Source of the DNA: an uncultured Acidobacteriota bacterium
GTDB lineage: Bacteria; Actinomycetota; Acidimicrobiia; Spongiisociales; ZC4RG35
Assembly (NCBI GenBank): GCA_963724825.1
Contig: CAVRWT010000005.1
Location: 204,675-268,674 of the forward strand
DNA length: 64,000 nucleotides
Direction: 5' to 3'
Part shown: piece after piece, positions 32,267 to 42,686 of the stretch
Numbering within the stretch: position 1 is the first letter of the stretch
Layout of the letters: each line of letters begins with the position of its first letter
Notes under the pieces: model-generated
Told to the model about the DNA's origin: nothing
Seen by the model: only the letters and a program-made list of their open reading frames with translations
The model's database searches: none
Translations under genes and position numbers: made by a program

Positions 32267-33579
32267 GCGCCTGCCAGTGACTCCGAGAGCGATTCCTCGA
32301 ACACCTGGAGAGTGGTTGCCACGTCCTCCTCGGTATGGGCGGCGCAGACAAACCACGGTTCCAGTCCGTCGGGGCAGGGCATTACGCCCTTTCGAATCAT
32401 GCGGAACATGACATCGTCATATCGCTCATCGTCGTGCTTGCCCGTGTCTCGAAACTCGATGAGATCACCCTCACCGATGAAGACCGAGAACATCGCGGGA
32501 TCACCGATCGTCTTCCCCTCGACCCCCTGGTCGGCGAGGATCTTCTCCAGCCCTTCCATCAGGGCCTGGCCGGTCTTCTGCACCCGGGCCAGGGGCTCAC
32601 CGGTGCGAAGCAAGTCGAGGGTTGCGCCGGCCGCCGCCGATGCAATCCCTCCGCCTGAGTAGGTCCCGGCCTGGGCGATGCCGCCCCGTCTCCAACCCTC
32701 GGCGACCCAATCCTTGAAAGCGATCGCCGCCACCGGGAATCCGTTGCCCAGGGCCTTGGCGTAGGTGCCCATGTCGGGGGTGACACCGAAACGCTCATTG
32801 GCACCTCCCAGGGCAACCCGGAAACCGGTCTTCACTTCGTCGAAGATGAGCACCGTCCGGTACTCGTCGCAGATCCGGCGCAAACCCTCGAGGAACCCGG
32901 GCTGAGGGAGTATCCCGAAAGCGTTGCCGAGCATCGGCTCCACGATCACGGCTGCGATCCGGCCACCTTCGTCACGGAAAGCCCGCTCCACGAGCTCGAG
33001 GTCGTTGAAAGGAAGAGTTCGTATGTAGGAGCGAATCGACTCGGGGATTCCGGAGCTGGATTGGATCGGGATCGGCTTGAGCCGGGAGCCGAGCCCCCCC
33101 ACCGCAACCCCGGCCGTGGAGAACAAGACGTAGTCGTGCATCCCGTGGTACTGGCCCTCGAATTTGATGACCGTGTCGCGGCCGGTGACCCCGCGGGCAA
33201 GGCGTATCGCATGCATGGTCGCTTCGGTGCCCGTATTAGTGAACCGCATGAAATCGGGCCAGCCCAGGGTGTCGACCACCTTCTCCGCCGCTTCTATCTC
33301 ACGGCGCTGGGTCATCGCGAAGCTGGTTGCCTCACCAGCGGCCTCTGCCACCGCGGCCGAGACCGAAGGCTCACCGTGACCGAGGATGATCGGCCCGAAT
33401 CCGCACTGGTAGTCGATGTAGCGCTTGCCGTCCATGTCGAAGACATGGCCGGCCTTCCCGTGATCGATCACCATGGTGTCTTCGTCGCCCCAATATCGGA
33501 ACTGGCTGGAGACGCCGTTCACGAGGACTTTCGAAGCCCGCTGGTACCACTGTTTGGTCTTGTCTCCCTGGAGACTCAT
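32263..33579 (-). CDS. Class III PLP aminotransferase, glutamate-1-semialdehyde-mutase-like
   Basis: RFTNTGTEA, FEGQYHG, LIFDEVKTGFR, AKALGNGFP. Confidence 0.88.
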   Translation of the reverse strand: MSLQGDKTKQWYQRASKVLVNGVSSQFRYWGDEDTMVIDHGKAGHVFDMDGKRYIDYQCGFGPIILGHGEPSVSAAVAEAAGEATSFAMTQRREIEAAEKVVDTLGWPDFMRFTNTGTEATMHAIRLARGVTGRDTVIKFEGQYHGMHDYVLFSTAGVAVGGLGSRLKPIPIQSSSGIPESIRSYIRTLPFNDLELVERAFRDEGGRIAAVIVEPMLGNAFGILPQPGFLEGLRRICDEYRTVLIFDEVKTGFRVALGGANERFGVTPDMGTYAKALGNGFPVAAIAFKDWVAEGWRRGGIAQAGTYSGGGIASAAAGATLDLLRTGEPLARVQKTGQALMEGLEKILADQGVEGKTIGDPAMFSVFIGEGDLIEFRDTGKHDDERYDDVMFRMIRKGVMPCPDGLEPWFVCAAHTEEDVATTLQVFEESLSESLAGA

Positions 33580-33652
33580 ATCTCACTCCTCTCCCGGCAT
33601 CGTACTGAACAGTCGTTTAACCCGGGGGATGACCGGAAACTACCCTTGGCCC

Positions 33653-35293
33653 ATGGCGACCGATCTCAAGCTCTTCATCGCCGGCGAGTGGACCGAGGGC
33701 ACCGGTGACGACCATTACGAGGTGAGGTCGCCGTCCACCGGCGAGCACATCTACAACGTTCCCAAGGCCTCGCAGGCTGACATCGACCGTGCGGTCAAAG
33801 CGGCCCGCGAGGCGACGGAGGAGATGCGGCAATGGACCGCCTTCGAGCGGGCCGATCTCTGCCTCCGGATCTACGACCTCTGGCAGACCCACGTTGAAGA
33901 GGTTGCGCGCATCCTCTCCACCGAGCAGGGCAAGCCCTACGAAGCGGAGGCACTCGACGACATCTCCGAGTCAGGCGACTACTTCCAGATCGCGGCCGAG
34001 GACGTGAAGCGTCTCAAAGGCGAGCTGATTCCGACCACCAGCCGCCACCGACGCATGTTCACGATGCGCAAGCCGGTTGGGGTATGGGTGGCGATCACCC
34101 CGTGGAACTTCCCGGTGATGATCCCGATGGAGTACGTAGGGCCCGGGCTGGCCACGGGCAACGCAGTGATCGTCAAACCGCCTGAGTTCACCTCGTGGGC
34201 ACTCCTCGAGATGGCCAAGGTGTTCGAGGAGGCCGGCGCCCCCAAAGGTGCGGTCTCGGTGATTCCCGGCGCCGGCGACATCGGAACCGCTCTGGTCACC
34301 CACGACGGCGTCGATGCGGTCGGGTTCACCGGCTCGTCGGCCACCGGCAAGAAGATCGTCGCCGCCATGGGGTTGAAGCGCTCGATCATGGAGATGTCGG
34401 GCAACGGGCCGACCGTCGTCACCGCCGACGCCGATGTCGCCAAGGCCGCCCAAGCGGCGGTCTACGGCGCCTACTACAACGCGGGTCAGGTCTGTGTGGC
34501 CACGGAGCGGGTCATCGTGGTCGACGAGGTTCACGACGAGTTCGTCGAGGCCGCACTCAAAGCCGCACAGGTGGTGAGCCTCGGAGACCCCTTCGACGCG
34601 TCGACCAACATGGGCCCGCTCAACAACGAGCCCACCGCGGCCAAGATGGACCGCCATATCGCCGACGCGGTCGACCATGGCGCCGAGTTGCTGATGGGTG
34701 GTGGTCGGGCCTCCGGCTTCCCAACCGATCTCTACTACCAGTTCACGATGCTGGACCGGGTTAGCGAGGAGTCCGAGGTCTCACAGGAAGAGTCCTTCGG
34801 GCCGGTGCTCCCGATCCTCAGTGCCAAGGACGATGAGGATGCCGTGGGCGTCGCCAACCGGACCCACCTCGGGCTCCAGGCCGCCGTGTTCACCAATGAT
34901 CTGAGCAAGGCGTTCTGGTATGCCGATCGGATCCGCTCAGGCACGGTGATCGTCAACGACTCGACCGACTTCTGGGAGACCTTCCAGCCGTTCGGAGGCG
35001 CCGCCGGGACCGACACCGGCTGGGGTCGGCAACGGATCGACGAGTTCACCGACCTGCAGACGGTGGTGTTCGTTTTGAAAGAGGAACTAGACCTCCCGCG
35101 CAGTAGCCCCCTCCGGCTTCGCCGGCGCTCCCCCCAACGCTCACTTCGTTCGCTGGGGGAGAAACATTTCCTCCCCCAGGAGCGGAGCGACGTTGGGGGA
35201 GGTGGCCCGAAGGGCCGGAGGGGGCTGCCCGCGTCGGAGCGAGACCCTCCTATTCCCCCATGCTCATCGTCATCCCGACGAATCCTCCGCTGA
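33653..35293 (+). CDS. NAD-dependent aldehyde dehydrogenase (probable aminoaldehyde DH)
   Basis: ITPWNFP, FTGS, MEMSG, GQVC, EESFGP. Homology ends at ~35075; the ORF reads on through a REP-like repeat. Confidence 0.92.
   Translation: MATDLKLFIAGEWTEGTGDDHYEVRSPSTGEHIYNVPKASQADIDRAVKAAREATEEMRQWTAFERADLCLRIYDLWQTHVEEVARILSTEQGKPYEAEALDDISESGDYFQIAAEDVKRLKGELIPTTSRHRRMFTMRKPVGVWVAITPWNFPVMIPMEYVGPGLATGNAVIVKPPEFTSWALLEMAKVFEEAGAPKGAVSVIPGAGDIGTALVTHDGVDAVGFTGSSATGKKIVAAMGLKRSIMEMSGNGPTVVTADADVAKAAQAAVYGAYYNAGQVCVATERVIVVDEVHDEFVEAALKAAQVVSLGDPFDASTNMGPLNNEPTAAKMDRHIADAVDHGAELLMGGGRASGFPTDLYYQFTMLDRVSEESEVSQEESFGPVLPILSAKDDEDAVGVANRTHLGLQAAVFTNDLSKAFWYADRIRSGTVIVNDSTDFWETFQPFGGAAGTDTGWGRQRIDEFTDLQTVVFVLKEELDLPRSSPLRLRRRSPQRSLRSLGEKHFLPQERSDVGGGGPKGRRGLPASERDPPIPPCSSSSRRILR
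35105..35226. repeat. REP-like palindromic doublet
   Basis: Outer IR AGCCCCCTCCGGC/GCCGGAGGGGGCT enclosing inverted CTCCCCC(C)AACG..CGCT units; related copies at 37821 and 28568. Confidence 0.8.
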
Positions 35294-35465
35294 AGGCGCC
35301 GAGCAAGACACCGGGCATGATCGCCGTGGCGAGACACTCAGAGAGGTCGAGACCGGTGATCAGCCAAACGGCAATGGTCACGCCGACGATCCCCACCGGC
35401 ACCCCGATGATCGCCCCCCTGGCAATGGCCTGGCCGGACGGTTCCCCGGCGTCGTGTTCTTCCAT
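35250..35465 (-). CDS. Small two-TM hypothetical protein
   Basis: MEEHDAGEP...GAIIGVPVGIVGV...GAFSGGFVG. Confidence 0.55.
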   Translation of the reverse strand: MEEHDAGEPSGQAIARGAIIGVPVGIVGVTIAVWLITGLDLSECLATAIMPGVLLGAFSGGFVGMTMSMGE

Positions 35466-35484
35466 CACCGAATCTTGCCAGAAC

Positions 35485-36753
35485 TCAGGAGACGATTGTC
35501 GGCTCGGCGTTGACCACCCTGTCGGCGGCCAATCGCATCCTTCGCACCACAATCACGAACGGGAGGCTGAGGACGTAGATCACTCCAGCGACGATGTATC
35601 CGACCCCAAGGGAGTACACATCGGCGACCTTCCCCAGAACCGGCTGGGTGACGACACCACCGGCGCTGCCCGTCAGTGAGACAAACGAGAGCACGGTTGC
35701 CCTCTGCTCCGATGGGATGCAGTCGTTGAGCAGGGCCTGCTGCATCGGGTTGGCGAGTGCACCAACCAGCGAGAGGATGGTGAGCAGGGCGATCGCCACC
35801 CAGAACCCGGTCGGGATTTCCAACCATTCGGCGAGACCGGTGCCAACCAGGGCCAGTGATGCGATCATGACCTGGCCGGCCAGCACACTGGTCCGCGTGG
35901 CAAAGATCCTGCGCACCCACCTGACCGAGGACCCACCAATTATCTGGGCGAGGGCAAAGACTGCCGCCGCAATGCCGGAGAGATAGGTGGCGTTCGGATC
36001 GCCGAACAACTGGAGCAGGTAGGGCTGGAAGGCATAGAAGGCCCAGATCCCGACTCCGCTGGTGAATGGTGCCGCGAAGAGGAACATTCGCACCGGTGGA
36101 TTCCCGAAGCCGTGCTTCACCGAGTTGCGAAGGATCCCCGCCACCTGAGGCCTGATCGCAACCCCGCGCCTGGGTTCAAAGCCGAGATCATGCATCCACA
36201 GCCAGGCCGCGACCACCACCGCCAACAGCAGGAAGGATCTGAGCAGGTAGGGAATGGCGAGACTTATCTGACCGAGAAAGCCACCGGCGATGGTCCCGAC
36301 CAAGGTCGCGGCCCCACCCGCCGCCTGACCCTTCCCGAAAACCGTCTCGACCGACCCCGCGAAGCCAGTCGCTCTCAACGCGTCGACGAGCCAAGCCTCA
36401 GTGGCGCCGGAGAAGAAGGTGAAACCGAGGCCGATCAGGGCCGACACCAGGATCCACCACCAGATTCCCGCCTCCACGTACCAAAGGCCGAGATAGGCGA
36501 GGGTGGTCACCAGGAGCGTGCCCGCTCCGAGCATGAAGGAAAGCCTCCTCCCGAAGGCGTCAGCGATCACCCCGGTTGGGATCTCGAAGATCATCATCCC
36601 CGCGGTAAAGGCAGCGTTGGCGACGAAGGCCTGGGTCAGCGATAGCCCGGCGTCGAGGAGGAAGAGGGTGTTGACCCCCCAGATCAGAGAGGCGGCCAAT
36701 GTCTGGAGCAGCACCAGGGTGACGTATGTGCGTTGTACGACTTCGGGCGTCAT
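35485..36753 (-). CDS. MFS transporter
   Basis: FEIPTGVIADAFGRR motif A, FFSGA.EAW, about 12 TMs, RATVLS. Confidence 0.92.
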   Translation of the reverse strand: MTPEVVQRTYVTLVLLQTLAASLIWGVNTLFLLDAGLSLTQAFVANAAFTAGMMIFEIPTGVIADAFGRRLSFMLGAGTLLVTTLAYLGLWYVEAGIWWWILVSALIGLGFTFFSGATEAWLVDALRATGFAGSVETVFGKGQAAGGAATLVGTIAGGFLGQISLAIPYLLRSFLLLAVVVAAWLWMHDLGFEPRRGVAIRPQVAGILRNSVKHGFGNPPVRMFLFAAPFTSGVGIWAFYAFQPYLLQLFGDPNATYLSGIAAAVFALAQIIGGSSVRWVRRIFATRTSVLAGQVMIASLALVGTGLAEWLEIPTGFWVAIALLTILSLVGALANPMQQALLNDCIPSEQRATVLSFVSLTGSAGGVVTQPVLGKVADVYSLGVGYIVAGVIYVLSLPFVIVVRRMRLAADRVVNAEPTIVS

Positions 36754-36797
36754 GCCTCACCAACCTGGCGTCGAGTCCAGTTAGCGTACCGAGGGCG

Positions 36798-37976
36798 ATG
36801 TACACCCCCTACGAGCAACGCCAGAGCGAGATCCCCTTCGCCTCGGCCGAGTATCTCTCCTTCGCATCGCGCAACTCGTTCCTCGGCGTGCCCGCCGTGA
36901 AGATGGACGAGATGGGTGACGGCGACGTCGTCATCCTCGGCGCTCCCTTCGACTGGGGCACCACATTCCGACCCGGAGCGCGATTCGGGCCCCGGGCCAT
37001 CAGAAATGCCGACTACGGGGCAATGGACGGATACCGGCCGCATCTGCCGACCGGTCTCGATCCATTCGAGGTCCTGGGGGTGGTCGACATCGGCGATGTC
37101 TATGTTCGGCCCGGGGATCTGGAGCTTTCGATCGGCCGAATCGCCGACACTGTCGAACACGTCGCCCGCGCCGGCAAGGTCCCGGTCATCCTCGGCGGCG
37201 ACCACACCATCACCTGGCCGGACGCCCTCGGCGTGGCCCGGGTCCATGGCTTCGGAGAGATTGCCCTCATCCATTTCGACGCCCACGCCGACACCGGCTT
37301 CATCCAGAACGGCTCGCTTCATGGTCATGGGACCCCGATGCGCCGGCTCATCGAGTCGGGGGCGGTGCCCGGCCATCGTTTCGTCCAGATCGGCCTTCGT
37401 GGCTACTGGCCCGAGCCCGAGGTGATGCAGTGGATGAAAGAGCAGAAGATGCGCTCATTCCTGATGAATGAGATCGTGGACCGAGGGCTCCCAGATGTCG
37501 TCGACGAGGCAGTGGCCTATTCGCTGGAGGGTGGGGCCAAAGGAGTCTTCATCTCAGTCGACATCGACGTCGTCGATCCGGGACTCGCACCGGGCACCGG
37601 CACCCCTGAGCCGGGTGGCCTCAACTCCCGGGAGCTGCTCGACACCGTGCGTCGTCTGTCAAAGGATCTCGTGGTGCTCGGGGCTGACATCGTCGAGGTC
37701 TCCCCGCCCTACGACGGGCCCGGAGAGCAAACCGCCTATCTGGCGAATCGGGTGGTGCTGGAAGTTCTCAACGGGATGGCGGAGAGGAAGGATCCTCAGG
37801 CGAGGCTTGACGCCAGAAGCGCCCCCCTCCCCCCTACGGGGTACTCCCCCCAACGCTCACTCCGTTCGCTGGGGGGAGAAATGCGGGTTCTCCCAGACGA
37901 TCAGGGCGGCCCACCCATCGTCGGACTCGTCCTCGATGTAGTTCTCCAGCATCCCCCGCACCTCGAAGCCCTGTGA
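36798..37976 (+). CDS. speB: Agmatinase
   Basis: GARFGP, LGGDH, HFDAHAD, HGTP, SVDIDVVDP..APGTGTPEPGG. True end probably ~37810; the ORF reads through a repeat into the convergent gene. Confidence 0.88.
   Translation: MYTPYEQRQSEIPFASAEYLSFASRNSFLGVPAVKMDEMGDGDVVILGAPFDWGTTFRPGARFGPRAIRNADYGAMDGYRPHLPTGLDPFEVLGVVDIGDVYVRPGDLELSIGRIADTVEHVARAGKVPVILGGDHTITWPDALGVARVHGFGEIALIHFDAHADTGFIQNGSLHGHGTPMRRLIESGAVPGHRFVQIGLRGYWPEPEVMQWMKEQKMRSFLMNEIVDRGLPDVVDEAVAYSLEGGAKGVFISVDIDVVDPGLAPGTGTPEPGGLNSRELLDTVRRLSKDLVVLGADIVEVSPPYDGPGEQTAYLANRVVLEVLNGMAERKDPQARLDARSAPLPPTGYSPQRSLRSLGGEMRVLPDDQGGPPIVGLVLDVVLQHPPHLEAL
37821..37881. repeat. REP-like repeat, single unit
   Basis: CTCCCCCCAACGCTCACTCCGTTCGCTGGGGGGAGAAA is near-identical to 35128-35164. 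Confidence 0.85.
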
Positions 37977-38495
37977 CATCTGAAAGCTCAGCGTCGGGTC
38001 GGTCATCTCCCCGGCCACGACTCTGTCCACGTACTGGTGGATCGTCATCTCGCCCTTGTGCCCGTAATAGCCGGGGAGGGCGCCCCCAGCGATGATCCCC
38101 CGCTTGCCATCCCTGATCACCAGCGCCTTGCGAACCTCGTAGAGCATCTTCCCGATACCCCGGCCCCGGAACTCGGGCAGGACGGTCATGTCGGTGCCGT
38201 AGTACCACTCGCCGTTCGGGTCATGGTTGCCGCATTGATGGTCGCCGGTGATCTCGGCAATCGTGTGCTGGGGGTGGTCGAAGTCGAAGTCGAGATAGAT
38301 CCCCGCCCCCATGCCGACCGGGCGCCCGTCGACCATCGCCACGAAATAGCCTTCGGGAAAAGTGCGGGCGTAGGCGCGGATGTCCTCTTCGGAGAGCAGG
38401 TCGTTGGGATTCGCCATCGGAAAACAGGTCAGCTCGATGTGCTCGAGCTCGGGCGCCATCGCCGCATCGAGATTGACGATCGAGACCTCGGTCAA
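37857..38495 (-). CDS. GNAT family N-acetyltransferase
   Basis: FPEG, HDPNG..YYG.D..V.P.FRGRGIG, DPTLSFQ, W.NP. Confidence 0.88.
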   Translation of the reverse strand: MTEVSIVNLDAAMAPELEHIELTCFPMANPNDLLSEEDIRAYARTFPEGYFVAMVDGRPVGMGAGIYLDFDFDHPQHTIAEITGDHQCGNHDPNGEWYYGTDMTVLPEFRGRGIGKMLYEVRKALVIRDGKRGIIAGGALPGYYGHKGEMTIHQYVDRVVAGEMTDPTLSFQMSQGFEVRGMLENYIEDESDDGWAALIVWENPHFSPQRTE

Positions 38496-39523
38496 AGTTG
38501 GAAGGTCTCCCAGGGGTGATCACCGGGAACGCCCCACACCGACTCCATCCGGCGCTCCGCAGGGTGCATGATCACTGCTCCGCAGGTCGCAACCCCATGT
38601 GGCTCAGTCGTGCGCCTTGCGATGGATGGCTCTGAGAAGAAAGCATCCAAGTCCGAGGCGAGATCGTTGCCTCGCTCCAAACGGGTCTGGCTGCTCAGAA
38701 CGAACTCGGCAGCCCGCTCCGACTCCCAGCGTCGGTTGTCGGGGTCGAGGCAATGGTTCGAGTGCACAAACGGTTCGTCGGTTACCCGGGTCACCTGCAC
38801 CGAGCCCGGCATCGCCTCGACATTGGCACCCTCGCCATCAGGGCCCATCAACAGGAAGTTGTGGCCACCCGCCAAGTGCGCATCGAGGACGCAGTCGACG
38901 GCATCGTCGAGGTTGCTCTGCTGGAGGACCTTGCGCACCACGAAAGGCCAGGTCACACCGGGTGTTCCATATGAGGTGAGGTTGTTGATCCCAATCGAAA
39001 TCCCGGCCTCGTTCATCCCGATCTGACCCAGGCAACCGGCTGTGGTCTGCACGATCATCTCCGGGCCGATGACCGGGTCGAGTTTCAAGAACACCACGTA
39101 CTCACCGGCCGAAGCGTGCATGTCCCAGGTCTGGGCCAGGACCTTTTGCACCGGGTCTATCACAGCCGTGCAATCGTCCTCGACCGGGGCATCCCCGGTG
39201 TATGCCCGAACCACGTCGACGAGGTCGGTGAACCCACCAACGACGACCGCCTCAGCAGGAGTGATCCCGGCGGCCGCAGCCAACGATTCCATCTCCTCAT
39301 AGAGGCTGGGCGAGTAAGCCATGTGAAACGGAAGAGTCTCCTCGGCCAGCGTGAGCACCAGGTCCGTATCGGCGGTCCGACCTGCCCATGTGGCCTCGCT
39401 TGCGAGACCGAGCCGGTCAGCCAGATATGCCCTGATGAGATCGGCGCACTCGGTGCCGTGAAAGCGACCGAAATCGAGCGGATCACCGTAGATCTCGAGA
39501 ACGCGAAGCGGTCCGCCACTCAT
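38492..39523 (-). CDS. C45 family autoproteolytic acyltransferase/hydrolase
   Basis: DDC nucleophile site, AQTWD, GMNEAG, HSNH. Confidence 0.85.
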   Translation of the reverse strand: MSGGPLRVLEIYGDPLDFGRFHGTECADLIRAYLADRLGLASEATWAGRTADTDLVLTLAEETLPFHMAYSPSLYEEMESLAAAAGITPAEAVVVGGFTDLVDVVRAYTGDAPVEDDCTAVIDPVQKVLAQTWDMHASAGEYVVFLKLDPVIGPEMIVQTTAGCLGQIGMNEAGISIGINNLTSYGTPGVTWPFVVRKVLQQSNLDDAVDCVLDAHLAGGHNFLLMGPDGEGANVEAMPGSVQVTRVTDEPFVHSNHCLDPDNRRWESERAAEFVLSSQTRLERGNDLASDLDAFFSEPSIARRTTEPHGVATCGAVIMHPAERRMESVWGVPGDHPWETFQL

Positions 39524-39605
39524 GGGCACACGGTACCCCGGGAACCGATGACTCATCGTGTGCGTCCAACGGCCAAGCCCCACCGGGGCGATAAGAGAGG
39601 ACGAA

Positions 39606-40568
39606 ATGATGAAGAAACTCACATTGATCCTGGCACTGGGACTGGCGCTCGCCGCTTGCGGCGGGGATACGGCCGAAACCTTCAGCGAGGTCTCCTCGGG
39701 CCTCGACGGTGGGAGCGGGGCAGTCCCCGAATCGATGACCACGGTCGCCGCGGCCAGCGAGTCGCCAGATGAGCTGTCCTACGACGACGCGGTGACAGCT
39801 GAGCGCCAGGTGATCCGCAACGCCAGCCTCGAATTGCAGGCCGACGACACCAGAAAGGCCTTCGAAGACATCGTCGACCTGGTGGAGGGTGCCGGCGGCT
39901 TTGTCGCCAGCGCAACGGTCGAGCCGATCGACAGCGAGACCGACCAACCAGTGGTGAACATGGTGCTCCGCGTGCCGGCCGACGAGTTGCCGCGCATTCT
40001 CGACGCGATCAAGGATTCGGTGGAGGTCGTGATGACCGAGTCCCAGAACGCCGAAGACGTCACCGCGCAATTCGTCGATCTCGAGGCACGACTGCACAAC
40101 CTGGAGGCGCTGGAGACCGAGTTGGTGGCCCTGCTGGCGGAAGTCCGCGAACAGCCGGACGCCGACCCGGCCAAGTTGCTAGCGGTGTTCAACGAGGTTT
40201 CACGGGTCCGCGGTGAGATCGAGCAACTGCAGGGGCAGCTCAACTACCTCAACGACGTCGTGGCTCTGGCCACGCTTTCGGTCTATCTCTCCCCGACCCC
40301 GGCCGCGGTGCCGATCGTCGAGGACACCTGGGCGCCCCTCGAAGTCGCCCGTGAGTCGTTGCGCAATCTGGTGAGCGGGCTGCAGGACATAGGGGAATGG
40401 GGCATCAACTTCGTCCTGTACACCCTTCCCCTGCTGGTGCTCACCCTGGGGATCCCGTTGCTGGTCCTCTATCTGGCCTACCGATGGTGGAAGAAGCGCC
40501 GTCGGCCGGCACCCCCGGCGCCGGAGCCGATCCCACCGGTGCTTCCCGCCGCCACTGAGGGGAAATGA
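39606..40568 (+). CDS. DUF4349 lipoprotein
   Basis: Lipobox LAAC, VIRNASL, LRVP, EDVTAQFVDLEARL, C-terminal TM. Confidence 0.85.
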   Translation: MMKKLTLILALGLALAACGGDTAETFSEVSSGLDGGSGAVPESMTTVAAASESPDELSYDDAVTAERQVIRNASLELQADDTRKAFEDIVDLVEGAGGFVASATVEPIDSETDQPVVNMVLRVPADELPRILDAIKDSVEVVMTESQNAEDVTAQFVDLEARLHNLEALETELVALLAEVREQPDADPAKLLAVFNEVSRVRGEIEQLQGQLNYLNDVVALATLSVYLSPTPAAVPIVEDTWAPLEVARESLRNLVSGLQDIGEWGINFVLYTLPLLVLTLGIPLLVLYLAYRWWKKRRRPAPPAPEPIPPVLPAATEGK

Positions 40569-40598
40569 TGAACAGGGCTCCAAACGGAGCCCTGTTCT

Positions 40599-41723
40599 CT
40601 AACCCTTGGCGATGGCCAGATAGTCGGTGAAGTTGATCTCGTAGTCACCAGTGTCCTGGATGACCTCGAGCTTCGCCCCCTCCTCGGCGGACGAATAGAA
40701 CTCCACCACTTCAGGCTCCACGAACTCGAGAGCCGCTGCGTTAGGGCTGCCGTACCAGTTGAAGTTGGTGAGGGTTGCCCCGTTCTGGGCATCCAACAGA
40801 TAGTTCATGAAAGTGAAGGCGGAGCAGGGATGGTCGGCGTTGGCGGGGACCGTCATGTTGTCGACCCACAGGGTCGCCCCTTCCTCGGGAAGGATGTAGA
40901 CGAAGTCGTCGGGATTGGCGGCGTCCTCAAAGCCAAGGAGGATTGCTCCCGAGTATCCGTGTGCCACCGAGACCTCGCCGTTGGCCAGGGCCTCGTCATT
41001 CTGATCCGAGTCGAAGGCGGCGATCGTTCCCTTGGCAGCCGAGATCACGTCGGCCGCCTCCTGAAGGTGAGCCAGGTCTGTGTCATTGAGCGAATATCCC
41101 AGATACTCGAGCGCCGCCCCCATCGCCTCGCGAGGGTCGTTGAGCACCGAAACCCCGCCCGGGAAATCGGCTGTCAGCGCCGGATCGAACAGCAAGCCCC
41201 AGCTGTGTGGGAAGTCCTCGCCGACAAGAGCGGTGTTCACCCCGATGCCTGTAGTCCCGTACTGATAGGGGGCCGAGTACTTGTTGCCCGGGTCATATGG
41301 AAGTGTGGTGAAGCGCTCAGCGAGATTTGCGATATTGGGCACGACGGTGGGGCTGATCGGAGCCAACAGGTTCTCCTGGATCATGATCCCGACCATGTAG
41401 TCCGATGGCACGATCAGGTCGTAGTTCACACCTGCCTGAAGCTGGGCCAGCATCGCCTCGTTGGATTCGTAGAAGGACTCAACGATGTCGATGCCGTACT
41501 CGGTCTCGAATGCGGTGATCAGCCCGGGGTCCATGTACTCAGTCCAGTTGAAGAAGTTGAGGTCGCCGTCGACCTGATCCAGGGTGCAATTGGCGGCGCC
41601 GCCACCATCACCCCCATCGATCGCGGTGCCATCGACACCGTCTGTGGCATCGTCTCCGCCACACGCAGCCACCATCAGAGCGAGCACGCCAAGCGTGACC
41701 ACGAACCTCGCCATTCGTCCCAT
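40599..41723 (-). CDS. potD: Spermidine/putrescine ABC substrate-binding lipoprotein
   Basis: FFNWTEY, SNEAM, YDLIVPSDY, PEEG..WVDN. Confidence 0.92.
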   Translation of the reverse strand: MGRMARFVVTLGVLALMVAACGGDDATDGVDGTAIDGGDGGGAANCTLDQVDGDLNFFNWTEYMDPGLITAFETEYGIDIVESFYESNEAMLAQLQAGVNYDLIVPSDYMVGIMIQENLLAPISPTVVPNIANLAERFTTLPYDPGNKYSAPYQYGTTGIGVNTALVGEDFPHSWGLLFDPALTADFPGGVSVLNDPREAMGAALEYLGYSLNDTDLAHLQEAADVISAAKGTIAAFDSDQNDEALANGEVSVAHGYSGAILLGFEDAANPDDFVYILPEEGATLWVDNMTVPANADHPCSAFTFMNYLLDAQNGATLTNFNWYGSPNAAALEFVEPEVVEFYSSAEEGAKLEVIQDTGDYEINFTDYLAIAKG

Positions 41724-41804
41724 CTCTAGATCCTCCCTGATCTGGGTCATCCGAGGCTAAACCGACAACTCATCCTTTCGAAAGTCCTCCTACCCAATTC
41801 CAAG

Positions 41805-42686
41805 TCAATCACCGGACAACTCCAGGGCCAAGGCCTCGGGGTCAGCCAGCTTCTGACCGCGCGCCACCGCCCCCCTCTGGAATCCCAGAGAGATCCCCAC
41901 CAGGACCATCGAAGCCACGAGCATCACCGTGCTCACCGCGTTGATCAAGGGGGTGACCCCCACCCTGACCAGTCCAAAGACATAGACGGGGAGGGTGGTC
42001 GATCCGGGGCCGGAGACGAACGAGGTGACAACGACATCGTCAAGCGAAAGGGTCAACGCGAGCAGTGCGCCGCCGGCCACTCCCGGTGCGATCAATGGCA
42101 ACGTGACCCGGCGAAAGGCCTGCCATCTCCCCGCATAGAGGTCTGCCGCGGCCTCCTCTAACGAAGAGTCGAGCTGGGCAAGCCTGGCGCGAACCACCAC
42201 TGCCACAAACGAGATGCTGAAGGCGATATGAGCCAGGGTGATGGTGAGGATGCCGGTGTTGAGTTGGATCCCGAAAAGGTCATCGATGATCCCGAATGCC
42301 TGGAAGAAGAAGATGAGGAGCATCACGGCCATGGTGACGTCGGGGATGATGATCGGGAGGTAGGCGAGACCGTCCAGGGTGCCCCGCCCCCGGAACCGGT
42401 AGCGCTCGAGGCCGATCGCCAGCAAGGTGCCGATAACCGTCGAGACGATGGTGGAGAAGAAGGCCACGATCAGCGAGATCCGAAGCGCCGACATCACACT
42501 GTCGTTGCGAAACATCTCCCCGTACCAGCGCAACGAGGCCTCGGTCCATATCGCCACGTTGTTGTTGTCGTTGAACGAGAAGACGATCAGCACCAGGATC
42601 GGGGCGTAGAAGAAGATGTAGAGGACCCAGGCGTTGATCGCCAGGAGGCGATCAACGACACCCTTGGGAGCCGCACCGTTGCTCAC
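41805..42686 (-). CDS. potC: Polyamine ABC permease
   Basis: FSFN, LEEAAADL, LSLDD, TTLP. Confidence 0.9.
   Translation of the reverse strand: MSNGAAPKGVVDRLLAINAWVLYIFFYAPILVLIVFSFNDNNNVAIWTEASLRWYGEMFRNDSVMSALRISLIVAFFSTIVSTVIGTLLAIGLERYRFRGRGTLDGLAYLPIIIPDVTMAVMLLIFFFQAFGIIDDLFGIQLNTGILTITLAHIAFSISFVAVVVRARLAQLDSSLEEAAADLYAGRWQAFRRVTLPLIAPGVAGGALLALTLSLDDVVVTSFVSGPGSTTLPVYVFGLVRVGVTPLINAVSTVMLVASMVLVGISLGFQRGAVARGQKLADPEALALELSGD

Noticed and set aside
32263-33579. hemL assignment
   Set aside because: GSA-like fold motifs are present, but the context is polyamine catabolism with no hem genes; symbol withheld.
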